A DNA stretch of 64,000 nucleotides from Callorhinchus milii (lineage: Eukaryota), in NCBI RefSeq assembly GCF_018977255.1, contig NW_024704742.1:82090001-82154000 (forward strand), read 5' to 3'. Below the pieces are notes generated by a model. It was not told the origin of the DNA, made no database searches, and saw nothing but the letters and a program-made list of their open reading frames with translations. Below are positions 13,385 to 27,003 of this stretch, in pieces; the stretch's first letter is position 1, and each line of letters begins with the position of its first letter. A program made the translations under genes and the position numbers.

Positions 13385-13665
13385 AATTGCCTCCGTGACC
13401 CCTGGCCTGCTTCATGTCTAATGCCCTATTCCCATTGTTGGTGGTTGAGATTTTAGCCGTTCTCTCCCACTCTTCGGAACTCCATCCGGGAATCCCTCTG
13501 AGTTGTCCCCTCACTCCCCACTTTCAAAACCCGGCTCAAGTCTTACCTCATTAACCGCACTTTTGCCTCCCCACCCCTTTCATCTCCTACCCCCAGCTCG
13601 GGTACCTACCCAGTAGTGTTAAATGTTTTGGGGTATCTTACCGACGTGAAAGGTGCTATAGAATG
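13385..13665 (+). mobile_element. Degenerate L2 3' end
   Basis: Homologous to other L2 ends; terminates ...gacgtgaaaggtgctatagaatg. Confidence 0.6.
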
Positions 13666-14261
13666 GTAAATTGTACTGTATTGTATTTCACCAGTGATCT
13701 CACAGGAATGATATACAGATAGCCCAGGAAATGGGGTGTCTAGCATTTTATTAACATTTGCCGAAGGGAAGCTGCTGGAGAGGTGACATTGTTTTTCACC
13801 ACGTATGTACATCATCAAATTATTTACTGGCTGACTCAGGGCCAACACCTGATGCCATATTTAATTCTGTGGCCTACCAGAACCCTGTGAAGATTGACAA
13901 GACATAACCCTATCAGACCTGGATCAGCCCCGTCAAACCAGAATGTTTAATACACTCAAGGGAAATAAGCTATACATAAACCAACTGTCCGTTCAGCTTC
14001 ATTATTGCTTTCCATGAAGAGCCTGGCAAGTTATTTTTCCTGTCCTGGGCACATTTCCACAACCTTGGGCTATTGTTACCTGTCCTCAGTTGATATCCCT
14101 GCTGGTCAACGGCAAGTCTCTCTGGCATAGTCACCTCTGAGATAAATACCTCTTCAAGTATGGATGTGCACCCTGGTAAAGACTCGGATTTTCAATTTCA
14201 TTACTCGATGCAATGCAATACAAATTTATATTTATCTAACATTTCATATTGGGAATATATT

Positions 14262-14435
14262 CTTGCCTTCTTCAAGGACCATCCCAAGAGTTTCCTCTTG
14301 GACCATGCTTTTGGCCACCTTCCCACCCCCACTCCTCTTTATTCCAAACCCCAGCTCGGATGCAAATCCTTCACTGTCCAGCACCTTGGGATGTCCTCCC
14401 GATGTGAAAGGTGCGATATAAGTGCAATTTGGTCT
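14262..14435 (+). mobile_element. L2 3' end
   Basis: ctgtccagcaccttgggatgtcctcccgatgtgaaaggtgcgatataagtgc, same subfamily as 63740-63912. Confidence 0.8.
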
Positions 14436-17147
14436 TGATGTTGAGGATGCCCCACAACACCTCAATGCATTGTAGGAATGAGAATTTAGTGGCAAAAAAT
14501 TAGGAAATTGGGAAAATTCTCAGAGAAACCTTGTGTGAACTGGTCAAAAATATAAGAATTTGAATCCGATTAGTGGCTTCAACCAAACCTTGTTCTAAAC
14601 TTATTCTGTTTCTCTGATGTTCCAGTCAATTTTATTAGTGTATAGGACTATTGGATCTCAGCACTTCACTTTAATTGTCAATTTTGAAAATGTTGTTGAT
14701 TGCTGAAATGAACTTTCTTCGAGATCCATCCCAACATACTGGTTGCCCCCGGTCTCAACGCTTCACTTCCGGAAAATTGAAATTGCCCATCACTATCCCA
14801 TTTTGATTTCATGCAGCCTGTTTTACTTGCCTGTACATTTCTCTATCTATTTATTCAGCTTGAGCTTGGAGGTTGACTGCAGATGTCAATTGTCAATTTG
14901 TTGCCCTTGTCATTGCTAATTTTCACCCTGATTGCTTAAGTCATCTTACTAATAAGGTCATAACTTACACGGGTCCTTTCCAGCAAAATGTTTTAGACCC
15001 ACTTATTTCAAACTCGTGGACGCCTTCAGTTCACAGACACATTTCGGTGCCAGGTTGCTAATTCCAAACGTTATTTCCTGAAACTCCTTGTATAAGAATA
15101 TAAAAATTACAGTTTGTCCTTCAAAACATTCTTGATCCTTATTAATCCTGCTGTTGTAGGTTCTCCCTCTCAACACCAGCCTGAACGCCAGCACCTACCT
15201 GACTGACAGCATCAAAGTTTGTGATTAGAGCAAGCTAAAAGCTAGCTCGTGTTATATGTTTTACTAGTGTGCTCTTAGGTCGTTTGGGTCTTTTACACTG
15301 TTTGAATGACTGATGAGTGCTGACTAATTTATGGCATTCATTTTCACCTTAGGGTGATGGCAGATGCTCCTGTAAAGAAGACGTTCTCACTGGCAGATAC
15401 AAGGCCAAAACCATAATTACGATCAGAGTTTCCACAGCAAACTGTATCTGATATTGATTGACCATTTAACTCTTTCTTAAAAGTCTTGCATGGGTTTAGA
15501 CGTACTTAGTACAGCACTGGCGAAGTAAAAATGTTTTACACCCAGTTTAGATGTTCAGAGGACTTTAATTGAGTTAAAATGGCACTGATAATATTATGTG
15601 TTCAAGGTCAGTGCTTGCAAAAACAAAGATGAACTGGATGTCATGGGGAGGTGTTTGGTGCTGAAGTGTTGATCTTGTCAGTGTGTGCTTGGAATGGGCA
15701 AATTCATTTATCACTGTATATTTTGTGGAGAATTGCCACAATTTAGGAGACAATACCGCCCTCCACCACCCCAAAAAATAAAACTAATTTAAATAAGAAT
15801 TTGACTGATTGTAAATCTCACAAGAGCTCTTCTGGCGAGGAAGACAACATTATTAGCGGTAGAATTCACAATCACAGAGTATAAATGTAATGAATGAGAA
15901 TCACACTGTGCTCGTTCCCTCTGTTTAATGTCTCACCTGAACAATAGCACTTCTAACAATGAAACACACCCCCAGTACTGCATTGGAGTGTCAGTCTAGA
16001 TTATGAGCTCAAAGTCCCAACATGGTGTTTTTTATAGTGTGCATATTTATAATTCTGAAATACCACAAAGAAAGGTCACTTGGGCAAGGTAACAGACCTC
16101 AGGAAAAATCAATGATTTTGTAAGGGAAGAAGGAGAATTCATTGTAGGTTTCTTGAAGCTAACAATGTGGGCACTCTTTGGGGGGAGAAGGGGTTGAGGA
16201 TAACTAAATTGCTCTTTAAGTAGGAAAAGAGAACTAAACTGGTACTAAAATCCCTGGTCCTTGTTCCCTAATCATCAAGTGTCGGGTAGCTGTTCTCAAT
16301 TTGTGACTATGCAGGCATCACATCCTGTGCAATAAGTGAAAGCAGGTCTGCTTGTTCAGTTTTTGTGAGATTTCAGTTTCAGGAGATCATTTGAGCTGTC
16401 ACCTCTTTCTGTCCCAACTGCTCCAAATATACACACAACAGCTGTCAGCAGTGCAGTGTGTTCAGTAGCTGCACAAGTGAGGCTGCCAGATCACTTGCAA
16501 GTAACAATCCTTAGCAGGCTATGGATAGTCTCCAGTTTCCAGATTTACAAAAAAAATAGAATTTTATTTTCTAGTTCACGTTGCCCAAGAAAATCAATTA
16601 AAACCGGCTTTCTGGACTCACATTGTTCTGTGGAAAAATAATATTTGATTCTACTGGTGTTTCTTCAATCAAGTGGTATAAATAGAAGATAGTAGTTGGC
16701 GGCTGTCAGTTCATTGCATGGCAATAATTCAACCGAGAATTCAAATCATAAATCACAAGCTCAGGTCAGTTTCTCTCAGCAGTACCCCAAGAATGGATTA
16801 CTACCTGGAATCCACATTTATCCATCTGGCGTTTTTTATAGTGTATATATTTAGGTACAAAGCATAGCAAATTGTAAGTTTCTTCTTCAAATAAAAAGAA
16901 AAATCTCTTTTTATTAGCAGCAATGTATTTGGCACTGTCTACCATGGTATTGGGTGGGTGATGTAATATCTTATTAGATTCCAGGTTTCTATACGAAAAT
17001 AATTCACTCTACTCCCTACCTCATGATAACAGCAAAGTCTGTTCATCAAAACGAGATAAGCGATTACTACTCTGAAATTAGTAGTTTAGAGGCACAAAAC
17101 ACACAGTCACTACACTTCACAGTAAAATCCTTTGAGGTGCTTTCAGA

Positions 17148-17522
17148 CAATACAAAATTGCATTTTTAAAGTGCGTTTCATGTCTGGAGGACGTCCCAAG
17201 GTGCTGAACAGTTAGGGATTAAGACCCAAGTGGGGGCTGGGATCAGGGAGGGTGAAAGGCAGAGAAGGTAGGAAGGTGGCTGACGCCACAGTCAAAGAGG
17301 AGGGTCCTGAGGCAGGCCTTGAAGGAGGCAAGGGAGGGAACGAGTCGAAGGGAATGTAGGATAGAATTCCAGAGGGTGGGGGCAGAGAGGCTGAAGGCCC
17401 GAACGCAAATGGTGAGGAGGGCCAGGCAGGGTACATGGAGCAGGCTGGAGCCTCCTCAATGGAGGGAGGTTGATAAGGGGTTAGCAGGTCAGAGGGGGCA
17501 AGGCCATGGAGGGCCTTCATCA
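17148..17522 (-). mobile_element. L2 3' fragment inserted in a SINE tail (SINE pieces 17090-17147 and 17523-17577, + strand)
   Basis: Minus strand encodes MKALHGLAPSDLLTPYQPP. The SINE tail breaks at gtgctttcagac and resumes at gagacatcttgatgatgcgataaggtgcc. Confidence 0.85.
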
Positions 17523-19285
17523 AGAGACATCTTGATGATGCGATAAGGTGCCATATCAAATGCAAGAATTATTATTGAATACTGGGATCTTCATTTGTAA
17601 TATTCTCAAACAGAATTTACTGTGATAACTGTGATTTCCGGTTTGCAAATACTGGGGATTGGGGGTGGGGAAAGGAAAGGAATCCCTATTTTGGGACAAA
17701 AACAAACAAAATGCTTTACAACATTACAACATTGTGGAGAGCAATTAAACTGTGGGACTTCCAAAAGTGTCAAACACGAATCCCGAACAAAAGACTTGGG
17801 AGCAAAAGAGCAAAATGTGAACAAACACCCAGTTTCATAATGTACAGGTGCCAAGTTTCAGAAGTATCCTTCTCAGATTTAGTGTCTTTGAAAGCAAGGC
17901 TGATATTCAAGGCTGTGGCACACCACAAAGTTATATCAAGAATTAGTCACGCACAGTTAATACTCTCCTGACATTGTGTTCCCTATTATTTACTCTTGAG
18001 CCTGAGGTTAGATAGGGCCAAGCATAGGTTAAATGCTGTCGAATCTGAAACAATTAGGCCATGCTTATTTGAGGGTTATAAAGTGCTTGCAAAATGGTGT
18101 TTGCCAAACGGTCAAAATTTCGGTGCGGCAAAATTACAGCGGAGATGCTGAATCATTCTCAAAACGGAAATCGGCCTTGTGATTTGTGCCCTGTTTTGAG
18201 TGATGGAGACCACTTGGAAAGAGTGAACGGCAAACATTGTAAATTCTGGCAATCAGAAATGGAAACAGTAAAATGCTACAAATGCTAGAAATGGACAGCA
18301 TCTAAAGAGGTTAAAGATTTCACCCTTCAGGGCAATGTCAGTTGCTTTGCTTGACTCTGAGGAAAGAGAAACCCTTATAAAGCCGGCCGTTTGCTCACTA
18401 TTTTCTCCTGATCGACCAAAGTAAATCCTGATCAACTGCAGTGCCATGAAAATGACATCTTGTTGTTGACGTCATAGACATCAATTCTCTTTTTCTTGTC
18501 TTTGCTCAACTAAGGTTGCTGTGTGCTGCTAGCACAAAGTAATAATTAAAATAAGAAAATAGAAACAAATTCCACAAATGATTGAAAGAGCAAATTTTTT
18601 TTAAAAAGGATTTTTGCTGGGGAGGATGTTGAAAGAATGCAGCCTGATCTTCTCTTTCAGGGTAAAGATGATAGCGACATTCTTCAGCTTGTATTATTAA
18701 CTAAATCCTTCGATTAGATTCCAGTTTGGTAACTTGCTCCCAGATAGTCAGCATTTTCTGCATTACAATTCTTATACAAATAAAAGGAGACGGTTTGATA
18801 AATGTGATTTTGCATGCTGTTCATATTTTCTTCAGGCCTGTTGCTGAGCTGGTAAAATTACTGAGAATTACCTGTGAGCTGTCAAGCCCATGTTGATCCA
18901 CACACAGCAATGCTTTGGATGGCTCATTCAGAGCTCTGCTTTGCTGTATATGTCATTGTCTTAATGAGTGCAGAGCTGACATGGTCTAATGAACGGATTA
19001 TAAATTAGTCATTAAAGAGCTGGATGATTTATAATAAAACACGAACTAAGTGTTATAACCATTTGAGGAATGAATATAAATATCAGAATGTAATCTCTTC
19101 TTTCATATAAATGGCATTGTGATGCTGCTGACTCACTGTAAGTCAGTGGCATATTTCTCCTGTTTGTGGCGCTTCTTTAGAAGAAGCAATGCTCCTGTTG
19201 CCTTGGTATTCGTAATTTATCGTGTGATGTTATTTCTTATAGGTGAACAGTTTGTGATTTTTCTGTCATTGTAATTATATTTAGA

Positions 19286-19675
19286 GTATCATAGAAACTT
19301 ACAGCGCAGAAGGAGGTTATTCAGCCCATCGAGTCTATACCATCACTTAGAGTAAGTTTTTCATTAAATCCCATGGACCCTCCCTATCCCCAAAACTCTT
19401 CAAGCTTCTAATTTCCATTTGCCTCTCTACTTCCCTCTTGAAACTCATAATAAACTCTGCCTCTACGATTTACTTGGCAGGGTGTTCCACATCCCAGTTC
19501 TCTGTGTGAAAAAAAATCTCCTAAATTCTCCTTTCACTCTTCTTGTGACTATCATATTGATATCCTTTAGTTACTGACTCCCCTACCCATGGAAATAGCT
19601 TCTCCCTGTTTAACCTGGCAATAATCTTGTATACCCCTATCAGGTTCCCTCTCAAATTTCTCCCAATTCCTCCCT
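19286..19675 (-). mobile_element. CR1 3' fragment
   Basis: catagaaacttacagcgcagaaggaggttattcagcccatcgagtct ... ctctgtgtgaaaaaaaatctcc ... ctatcaggttccctct. Confidence 0.8.
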
Positions 19676-19783
19676 ATGAGAAACAGAGGGCAGCCATGGA
19701 AAATATTTTCTCTGAGACTAAAAGAAAATTATTTCATAACTTTATTTTATCTTTTCTCTGAGACTAAAAGATAATTATTTCAT

Positions 19784-19870
19784 AATACTCAGCAGGTCAG
19801 GCAGCATCTACAGAGAGAGGAAAGTGAGTTAACGTTTCAGGTCGATGAATTCTGTTTTTATTTCAGATGT
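19784..19870. mobile_element. Penelope-type terminal repeat remnant
   Basis: aatactcagcaggtcaggcagcatct...gagttaacgtttcaggtcgatga matches a repeat I recall as common in shark genomes and Penelope-associated. Confidence 0.55.
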
Positions 19871-20461
19871 ATTTCAGGCAAACATAAGATTAAAAGACCA
19901 CAGGATCAATGTCTTTAAAACACTAAGAGTTAGCTTTAAGAATGCAATCCGACATAGACCAGGAGAGCAGAACGGAGGATATGATAGTTTCAAATGAAAA
20001 AGCCTCAAATGAGATAAGATCAATAGTAACATCAATGTGATTCCTGGGTTTAAATTGGGAATGCTGCATAAATTGTTATCTGTAGCCAGAATCTAAATGT
20101 GCAAGGCTGCCATGCAGTTTGCCATGATGTAGTTTGTCAGGTGCCAGAAATACAGACTGTCCTGACGTAAATTACATAACATAAATTACTGTGATCATTA
20201 GAAATGAAATGTTGGTGTTTTCTCAGCTCAAATGTGTTTTTTGCAACCCGTCAATTGCTTTAAGAGTCAGCAGAGTAAATCTGAACGTGCTTGGCATGGA
20301 AGAATGAATGTGGATCCCTGGAAATAGAGTCTTAGCAAAAAAGGGAGACTTTTTTTAACAATCACTTTAAATCACCTGAACACTTGGTTACTAAAAATCT
20401 TTTGAGTCCATTGTTTGTCGACAAAACTACTGTTCTACTTGTACCAAGTTTAATAATTGCA

Positions 20462-20790
20462 CAATAATAATATCCGTCATATTTGCTATAGATTTTTATC
20501 ATGTCAATAAAATGTTTCAAAGAGCTTTATAGGAATTCTTGTGAAGTGCAGTGACTGTGTATTTGTCGGCAACTGTGGCAGCCAATTTACACACCAATTT
20601 CCCACAAATAACGTCCACTTGAACATGACTTCAGTTTAAGGCCTCATTGACACAGGTGGATGGCAGTGCTCTCCCAACTTTGCACTGGAGTGTCAGAATG
20701 AGTTTTGAGCACAGAGTTACAATGTGGAGCTTAAACCCACAACCTTTGACTCAAAGGTTAGAGTGCTACCAACTGAGTCAAGTTGACACC
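20462..20790 (-). mobile_element. DeuSINE-like SINE
   Basis: Head rc gtgtcaacttgactcagttggtagcactct...ggttgtgggtttaagc, degenerate centre and L2-type tail. Confidence 0.7.
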
Positions 20791-20955
20791 TCGTAGCCAT
20801 TACTCTTGTTTTAGTTTTCTTTATTGAATATCAGTGGACGATTTGCCCATGGGAAGAATGAAAGGATTACAGTTGACCTCCGACCGAAAAAAAATCCTTT
20901 CATTTGGTATAGTGCCTTTCACATCCTGAAGCGCTTCACAGGATATACTGTAAAG

Positions 20956-21157
20956 CAGTGGTGGATCACCTTGATGGTCAGCCAACAAAATAAATTATGG
21001 CATAAATCAAGAAATATTCAATCAAGAAAGCCTGAAAACACAATACTGCTCAAACCCAGAATTACCTAGACTAGTGCGAATGTTCAAGGGGTGGGGGACA
21101 CTTCTTGAAGGCCCTGCAAATCACTTCAGCCCACGGGCTACAGGTTGCCCACCACTG
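20956..21157. mobile_element. hAT (Charlie-like) MITE inserted in a SINE
   Basis: TIRs cagtggtggatcacct / aggttgcccaccactg (13 of 16 match). Subterminal cagcccacgggctac. Flanks ctgtaaag and tctaaag (imperfect TSD). The host SINE resumes at gtagtgactgtg. Confidence 0.7.
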
Positions 21158-21367
21158 TCTAAAGGGTAGTGACTGTGTGTTTTGAGGACAAATGCAACTG
21201 CCAATTTATGCACAGCAATGTTCAACAAACAACCCACATAACGCAGTCTCCACATGCGCACAGTTCCAGAAGTGGTCATCCTGTCATCTTATTTCTGCTA
21301 CTTAATCTGCTCCCTGAAGACCATGTTTAAACCCCTAATGCCATCTCACCTGAGAACATCTCACCTA

Positions 21368-21830
21368 CAGAACATTACAGTGTAGAAACAGGCCATTCAG
21401 CCTATCAAGGCCACACTGGCATTTTCCTCCCCTTCAGACATTTAATCTAATCCCAGTTTTATGATCATTCATGATTCCCTTAATTTTCTTTCTATTCAAA
21501 AATATTATTTAATTCTCTTTTGAAATAATTTGTGGACTGTGCTTTAATTGCACTTTATCACAGAAACCTACCTTCCAACCATCATCTGCATAAGCTCAAT
21601 TTTCCAACCTCCCTTAATAATATAATAAATGCAATATAGTAATAATAATTCCCTTAAATTCTTTTTGTGATTATTGCAAATCATACCCACTTGTTTTAGG
21701 CTCAGCGATCAGTGAAAATCATCTCATACAATTTACTCTATCATAACCTTTCCTTATCTTAAAGACCTTTATTCAGTCACCTCCTTAATCTTCTCTAGTG
21801 AATAAAATCTTCAAACTCTCAACTTCTCTA
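21368..21830 (-). mobile_element. Old CR1 3' fragment
   Basis: tacagtgtagaaacaggccattcagcc ... taaccttt...atcttaaagaccttt...cagtcacctcctt. Confidence 0.65.
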
Positions 21831-22261
21831 CTCAATGAATAAACTTCCAAGAAATCAGGGCTGGAAGACAAAGCGAGAGACACAATCTTTGTGCAGGGAG
21901 AAAGAGTTGTGTTGTCATCATTAGAACCATAGAAATTTAAGGACAGAAGCAGGCCATTCAACCCATCGTATCTGTGCTGTCAATGTGACATTATGCAGAG
22001 TGAAGCAATGAGGTTTTTAGATGTCACATTGTATCCCTCCAAACCAAGAGTAAATGGCTTTGCCACGATGTTGTTTGTATAAAAAAAGTAACCCCTTTGA
22101 AAAAAGCAGTGTGAAGAGAGGCAGATTTTAACATCATGTATCACAGCTTGAGCTCTGCAAGCGAGTGGGCATGAGCTGTAGCATTGAGTTGCTGACTGAA
22201 TAATTCCTGATATTTTGGTCTGCACTCTTCCAATGAAAGAAATTAACTAATTGCTTGTGAG

Positions 22262-22745
22262 CCAGTAAAGCGAAGGCTGTGGGTTGAAGCCCCATGTCGG
22301 GACTTCGAGTTCATAGTCTGGGCTGACTCCAAATCAATGCTAGGGGCCCACTGCATTGTCGGAGAAGCCATCCTTCCAATGAGAGATTACACTGGCTGCA
22401 AAATTAAACCATTAACCTGTCTATTTGTTCAGGGGGAAATTAAAGATCCCAGAGACCTATTCAAAAAGTGAAGGAAGTTTCTCCTGTTAGCGCTTTCAGC
22501 GCTTTGGGACGTCCTCCCGACATGAAAGACACTCTATAAATGTAATTTTGTTATTGTTGTTGTTATCCTCGCCAATAATCCCCCCCCCAAAATTGTTCAT
22601 TCACTGTTTGTGGGACATTGCTGTGTGCAAATTGGCTCCCGCGTTTGCCTACAAAATACAGTCACTGCACTTTACATAATATGTTTAAAGCACTTAGAGA
22701 TGTCTTCCTGAAGTGAAGGGCAATATATCAAATGCAAAGATTAGT
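22262..22745 (+). mobile_element. DeuSINE-like SINE containing an L2 tail (~22490-22565)
   Basis: gaaggctgtgggttgaagcccc...ctgcattgtcggag...ttaaagatccc...tgtgggacattgctgtgtgcaaattggc. Inserted piece: cagcgctttgggacgtcctcccgac...(tgt)n. Confidence 0.75.
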
Positions 22746-23317
22746 ATATTATAATGTTATAACATTTATTTATTATTACATAATAATATTAAAAGTTTAT
22801 TATTATTATAAATGGGTTTCCTTTGAACAGTACCTGTTGCTTTAAAGATAGGTAAGTCTGTGAATAAATGAGCGGCTGTGATATTTGCAGTAAATAAGCA
22901 ACACGCTAGGGTTCAATCAAAAATTATGTGAAGCAGAAGATGGGAGAATCTGGACTAAACAAGTTGGATTCATGTTCTGATGGGTAAACTTTTAAGTGAG
23001 GCTTGAAAGGATTTAGACCAAAGCTGCTGTCATTTGTCTTTGCATCACTGAATCTATCATTGAATATAGAATATATATAGATCAGCAAATCGATAATTTC
23101 AAATAACTTGTGTTTTCAATCTTTGAAAATGTTAATGTTGTTTATACTCCAGTCACTTCGATAAAATAAATAATAATATAATAATAGTAAAGAATAAAGT
23201 CTGCCGACATGTTCAGTAATACCATAGTACTGTAAGAGCAATTTCAACTGTTGTGAAGTTAGAACAGTGACAGCAACATGCATGTATCTATATTGCTCGG
23301 CAGACTTCAGGATGACA

Positions 23318-23660
23318 GGAATATAAGAACATAAGAGAGGCATTCTCAGAGAACAAGGGAAATATGGATGAAGAAGTCCTTTCGGCCATTTGATCTCATC
23401 CTTCCAGAATATCCATTCTTCCTTCTTCAAATCAAAGCATCCAGCTGTTACTTAAATATATCCACTGTCTGCCTTCTACCACCTGTCTTGTAGAGGCCAG
23501 ACAATGGGTAACCTGTTCTAGTTGTTGATCATCCTCTGCCTAAAGAGGTATTCCCTCATGTCAGTGCTAAAATTGCTCCTCGTAACCCTGAATCTCTACC
23601 TTCCTCCCTATCTGTCCTCGGTGTATCAGAAAGTCATGCAACTTGAAAAATCCATCCAAA
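23318..23660 (-). mobile_element. Old CR1 3' fragment
   Basis: ataagaacataaga tail; gcatccagctgttacttaaa...ctgttctagttgttgatcatcctctgcctaaag. Confidence 0.55.
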
Positions 23661-24283
23661 TGTCAAGCTCATAGCTTCACAGACCATGTACAATTTGTTG
23701 TATTGTACATTCCCCCCACCCAATTAATCTTCCGAGGAAAGAATGAGCAGAGTTTCTCTTCGTTCCTAATTCCACAATAAGCTCTTCTGTGAACTTTTTG
23801 CAACATGTCAATGTAATTTGCCCAGGATGGCACACATGGGGATAATTTGCATGACCTGTAAAAGTATTCACAAATAGTAAATTCTTTGCGTACAAGGAGG
23901 CATCCCTACTGACTCTCTGGAGCACAAACATCTCAAGCTTGTCTTTGCATTTCTACTTTTATCTTCTGTCTCTTTCAGTCACCTTTCAGCTCCATTCCCG
24001 TCCCCTTCTCAGCTGCCCCCAGCAATGGCCTCACACTTAGTCACATGAAGCCCTTTGAGACATCCTCCCGATGTGAAAGGCATTATATAAACATTGAAAT
24101 GTAGGTGCACAAGGAGGCTATTCGGCCCATTGAGAGTCTTCACCAGCGCACAGGGCAAGGCTATCATTATATACTGTAAATTGTTAGTTGTTGTTGCTTT
24201 TGTTATTTTGGAAGGCAGGAGCACCTTTGGGTTTAAAAAAGTGCGATTGTGTTTGACTCAGTTAAAACCTAAAAGAAAAAATT

Positions 24284-24650
24284 GGATTCCTGTAGCTCAG
24301 TGGTTAGAGCACTTGCCTAGCAAGCAAGAGATCTTGGTTCGATTCCTGGCAGGACGAAACTCTGGGAAAGTTTCCTTACTCCACATGCCTCGGTTTACCT
24401 AGCGGTAAGTAGGAACCCAGTTGTTAGTTGATTGGCGGATCACTTTTCTGGGGGTAATAATTCCTTCAAAAAAAATTGGTCACTTCAATCCACAACTGCT
24501 TGTGGGACACTGCTGTGCGCAATTGACTGCCGTGTTTGGACCACAAAAATATACAGTCAATTCACTTCACAGTATATTCTGTGATGCGCTTTGAGACATC
24601 TCGAAGACGTGATAAGGTGCTATATCAAATGCAAGGATTATTATTATTAT
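24284..24650 (+). mobile_element. Full-length young tRNA(Ala)-derived SINE with L2-type tail
   Basis: A box TAGCTCAGTGG 24293-24303, B box GGTTCGATTCC 24336-24346, anticodon-like arm cttgc-ctAGCaa-gcaag, unique body, A-rich linker, tail gctttgagacatctcgaagacgtgataaggtgctatatcaaatgcaagg(att)n. Confidence 0.9.
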
Positions 24651-25714
24651 GAGTAGTTTGATAGAACCATATTATACCATTGACCAGATCAAAGTCTGAT
24701 TGATTGGGTGCTTACCAGCAGACTCTGAGTTGTGCCAGTGATCTTTACTCCAAGGGTTACCACCTTATCACAGAGGTTTAACCCAGTGCTGAATATCTAA
24801 CGGCAGTGGATTAAAAACATCAATTAAGTGATTTACTTGGGATGAGGAGAAACTAATTAACATCGGACACATTGAAAATTCCCAACGTGCTGTAATTTAC
24901 TGCCGTTGTAAATTGCGCTTGGATGAGCCTTAATCTCTGCAAACGAGCTAAAGTCAGTGCAATTGAAGTATTTTTTGATAACTGCCTGAAAGTGTCAGCC
25001 ACAATGAGCATGCTGAGATGTGAGGCCACATCCTGCACTGATATGGATGAGCTGCCCACACATCAGTGAACACTGCAGGAGGCTGATCAAAACCTTTTTT
25101 TGCAACTTATTTTGGATGTTAATGCAACATTTAAGAGTGTGGGTGTATTTGTTTAAAGGGCAGGGAATGAATTTATCATTGTAAGTGGAATAAATGAGGC
25201 CAATCTCCACATGAGAGCAAGACACGAAAGTGGGGAAATGAATTGCCCCCTCCCCCTCACATGACTCTTTTTCCTCAGTTGCATTATAAGGGAAGCAAAA
25301 TGAGGAGAATCACAGAAGTTCCACCATCCACACCAGGGCCTAAGTCATGGAGCAGGCTGCCAGGCCTCTCTTGTTCCTGGGGATTTTTTGTGTGTTTCGA
25401 ATCGACCCCCAAAAAACGCATCAAATAATCCTGAAATTAATCGGAATTGTTCCTCGATGTACACTTTTAGCCAAACCATTGATTTTTTTTCCCAAGTACT
25501 GCTGTATTTTCACAGGGACACATCTTGCAACTAGGTCAGGCACAAAGAGTGCATTTTAACCAGTCGTGAGTGAAGGTCCATTAAAGCCTTGACAGAAATC
25601 ACAACCAGCATGTAAACCGAGCATTCTGTCAAAATATATACTGTAAGAAAGCTCAATGCTGTGAAGATTTTCACTTCAGTAGGTGTTATTAATGAAAGTA
25701 ATACTTGCTTGTGA

Positions 25715-26050
25715 TGTGGCTTATCATGCTGATATCTTTCAAAGCATTTCACACAGTGAGTTACTTGAAATGCAGTGACTGTTGACGTGTCAGTCAATTT
25801 TTCTCCTTCAGCTTCCCACAAAGAGTGTTGGGAGAGATGGCTATATCATGTTTATTCAGTGGTAAATTTTGATGGTGGAGGGATATTGACCAAGACACCA
25901 GGAGAATCCCCTATTCTATTTTACAACGGTGTCATGGGATCTTTAGCATTCACTGGAATCAATAGATAAGGCAGACACAATCTCAGTTGGCTACCACATC
26001 CATAGAGTCATACTATTAGCAGTACAGCACTCCCTCAGTCCTGCAGCAGA
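25715..26050 (-). mobile_element. Degenerate DeuSINE-like SINE
   Basis: ttgaccaagacaccaggagaatccc...gtcatgggatcttt...cagcactccctcagt. Confidence 0.6.
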
Positions 26051-26862
26051 TTGAGAGCCTGTAATTTTAAAACACCTTACATTTACATAACACCTTTCAC
26101 GTCCAAACAACATCTAAAAGTGCTGACTGGAAGCTCAAGACTGAATGCTCAAGGGTTGGGGTGAGCTGAAGGAGAGGGAGAGGATGGTGGAGGGTATAGA
26201 TAATTATATATTGCAAAAAATGTACTTAAATACTACAACTTCAAAAAACCTTTAATCGACTGCTCTGGAGGCAAGAGTGCTAATAAACGAGTTAAATGTT
26301 AGTACGATAGAGAATTGTTCCTTCTCGCTTCAGGATTTAAAATAAAAATTCTGGTCATACCGTGAGGAACGTTGATATTTCCCAACAGACATATCATCAG
26401 TCAGCAATGTCGCTGTCCAGCGATGTTATGTAAATAGTAGGGGCAAGGTCTGCCCATTGTTCATGAGTGTCCAAGGGATTAGGCACGCGACACAACAGTC
26501 AGCAGCAGACGATGTCATGAATCTCCAATGACATTATGAACACTATTTAGCTGGATTCAAATAATCCATGAAGCTGGTGCTATCAAACCCTTTGCTGCCC
26601 TGGAGTGGCGCATCTTGTCATGTCATCAGTTCTTTCATGAGTAAATCTTTTGTTTAATAGTCTTGTTTCTCTATTAAATTAATGTTATTTACCCAAGCCT
26701 TTGTGGAGTGGTATCTCAATTTTTTAATCATTATCTCTGACGTTTCCGCAAGTGATTTTGAAATTTAATTTTAAATATTTCTTTGCTACAATAGGCACAA
26801 CAATTCTAGTTAGTCTCAGGCTGTAAAGCCACTCCATCTTATGATTTAATATCTCACACTAA

Positions 26863-27003
26863 TGTTGGGATATAGGGATTCCCCTATAATCGTTTAGAAT
26901 AGAACAAGATTTTTATATCCATTCTTTTATTATATGTTTAATTAATTGTATTAACATCTTGCTCTATTCTAAATGATTATAGGGGAATCCCTATATCCCA
27001 ACA
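26863..27003. mobile_element. 141-bp MITE: 48-bp TIRs, TGT...ACA termini, CTAA TSD (Ginger-like)
   Basis: 26863-26910 vs the reverse complement of 26956-27003 match at 46 of 48 positions. CTAA lies at 26859-26862 and 27004-27007. Confidence 0.85.

Noticed and set aside
24284..24356. tRNA-Ala(AGC)-like cloverleaf with intact A and B boxes
   Set aside because: It continues directly into a SINE body and tail and has degenerate paralogues at 33560-33633, 37120, 37903 and 58875-58965. It is a SINE head, not a tRNA gene.
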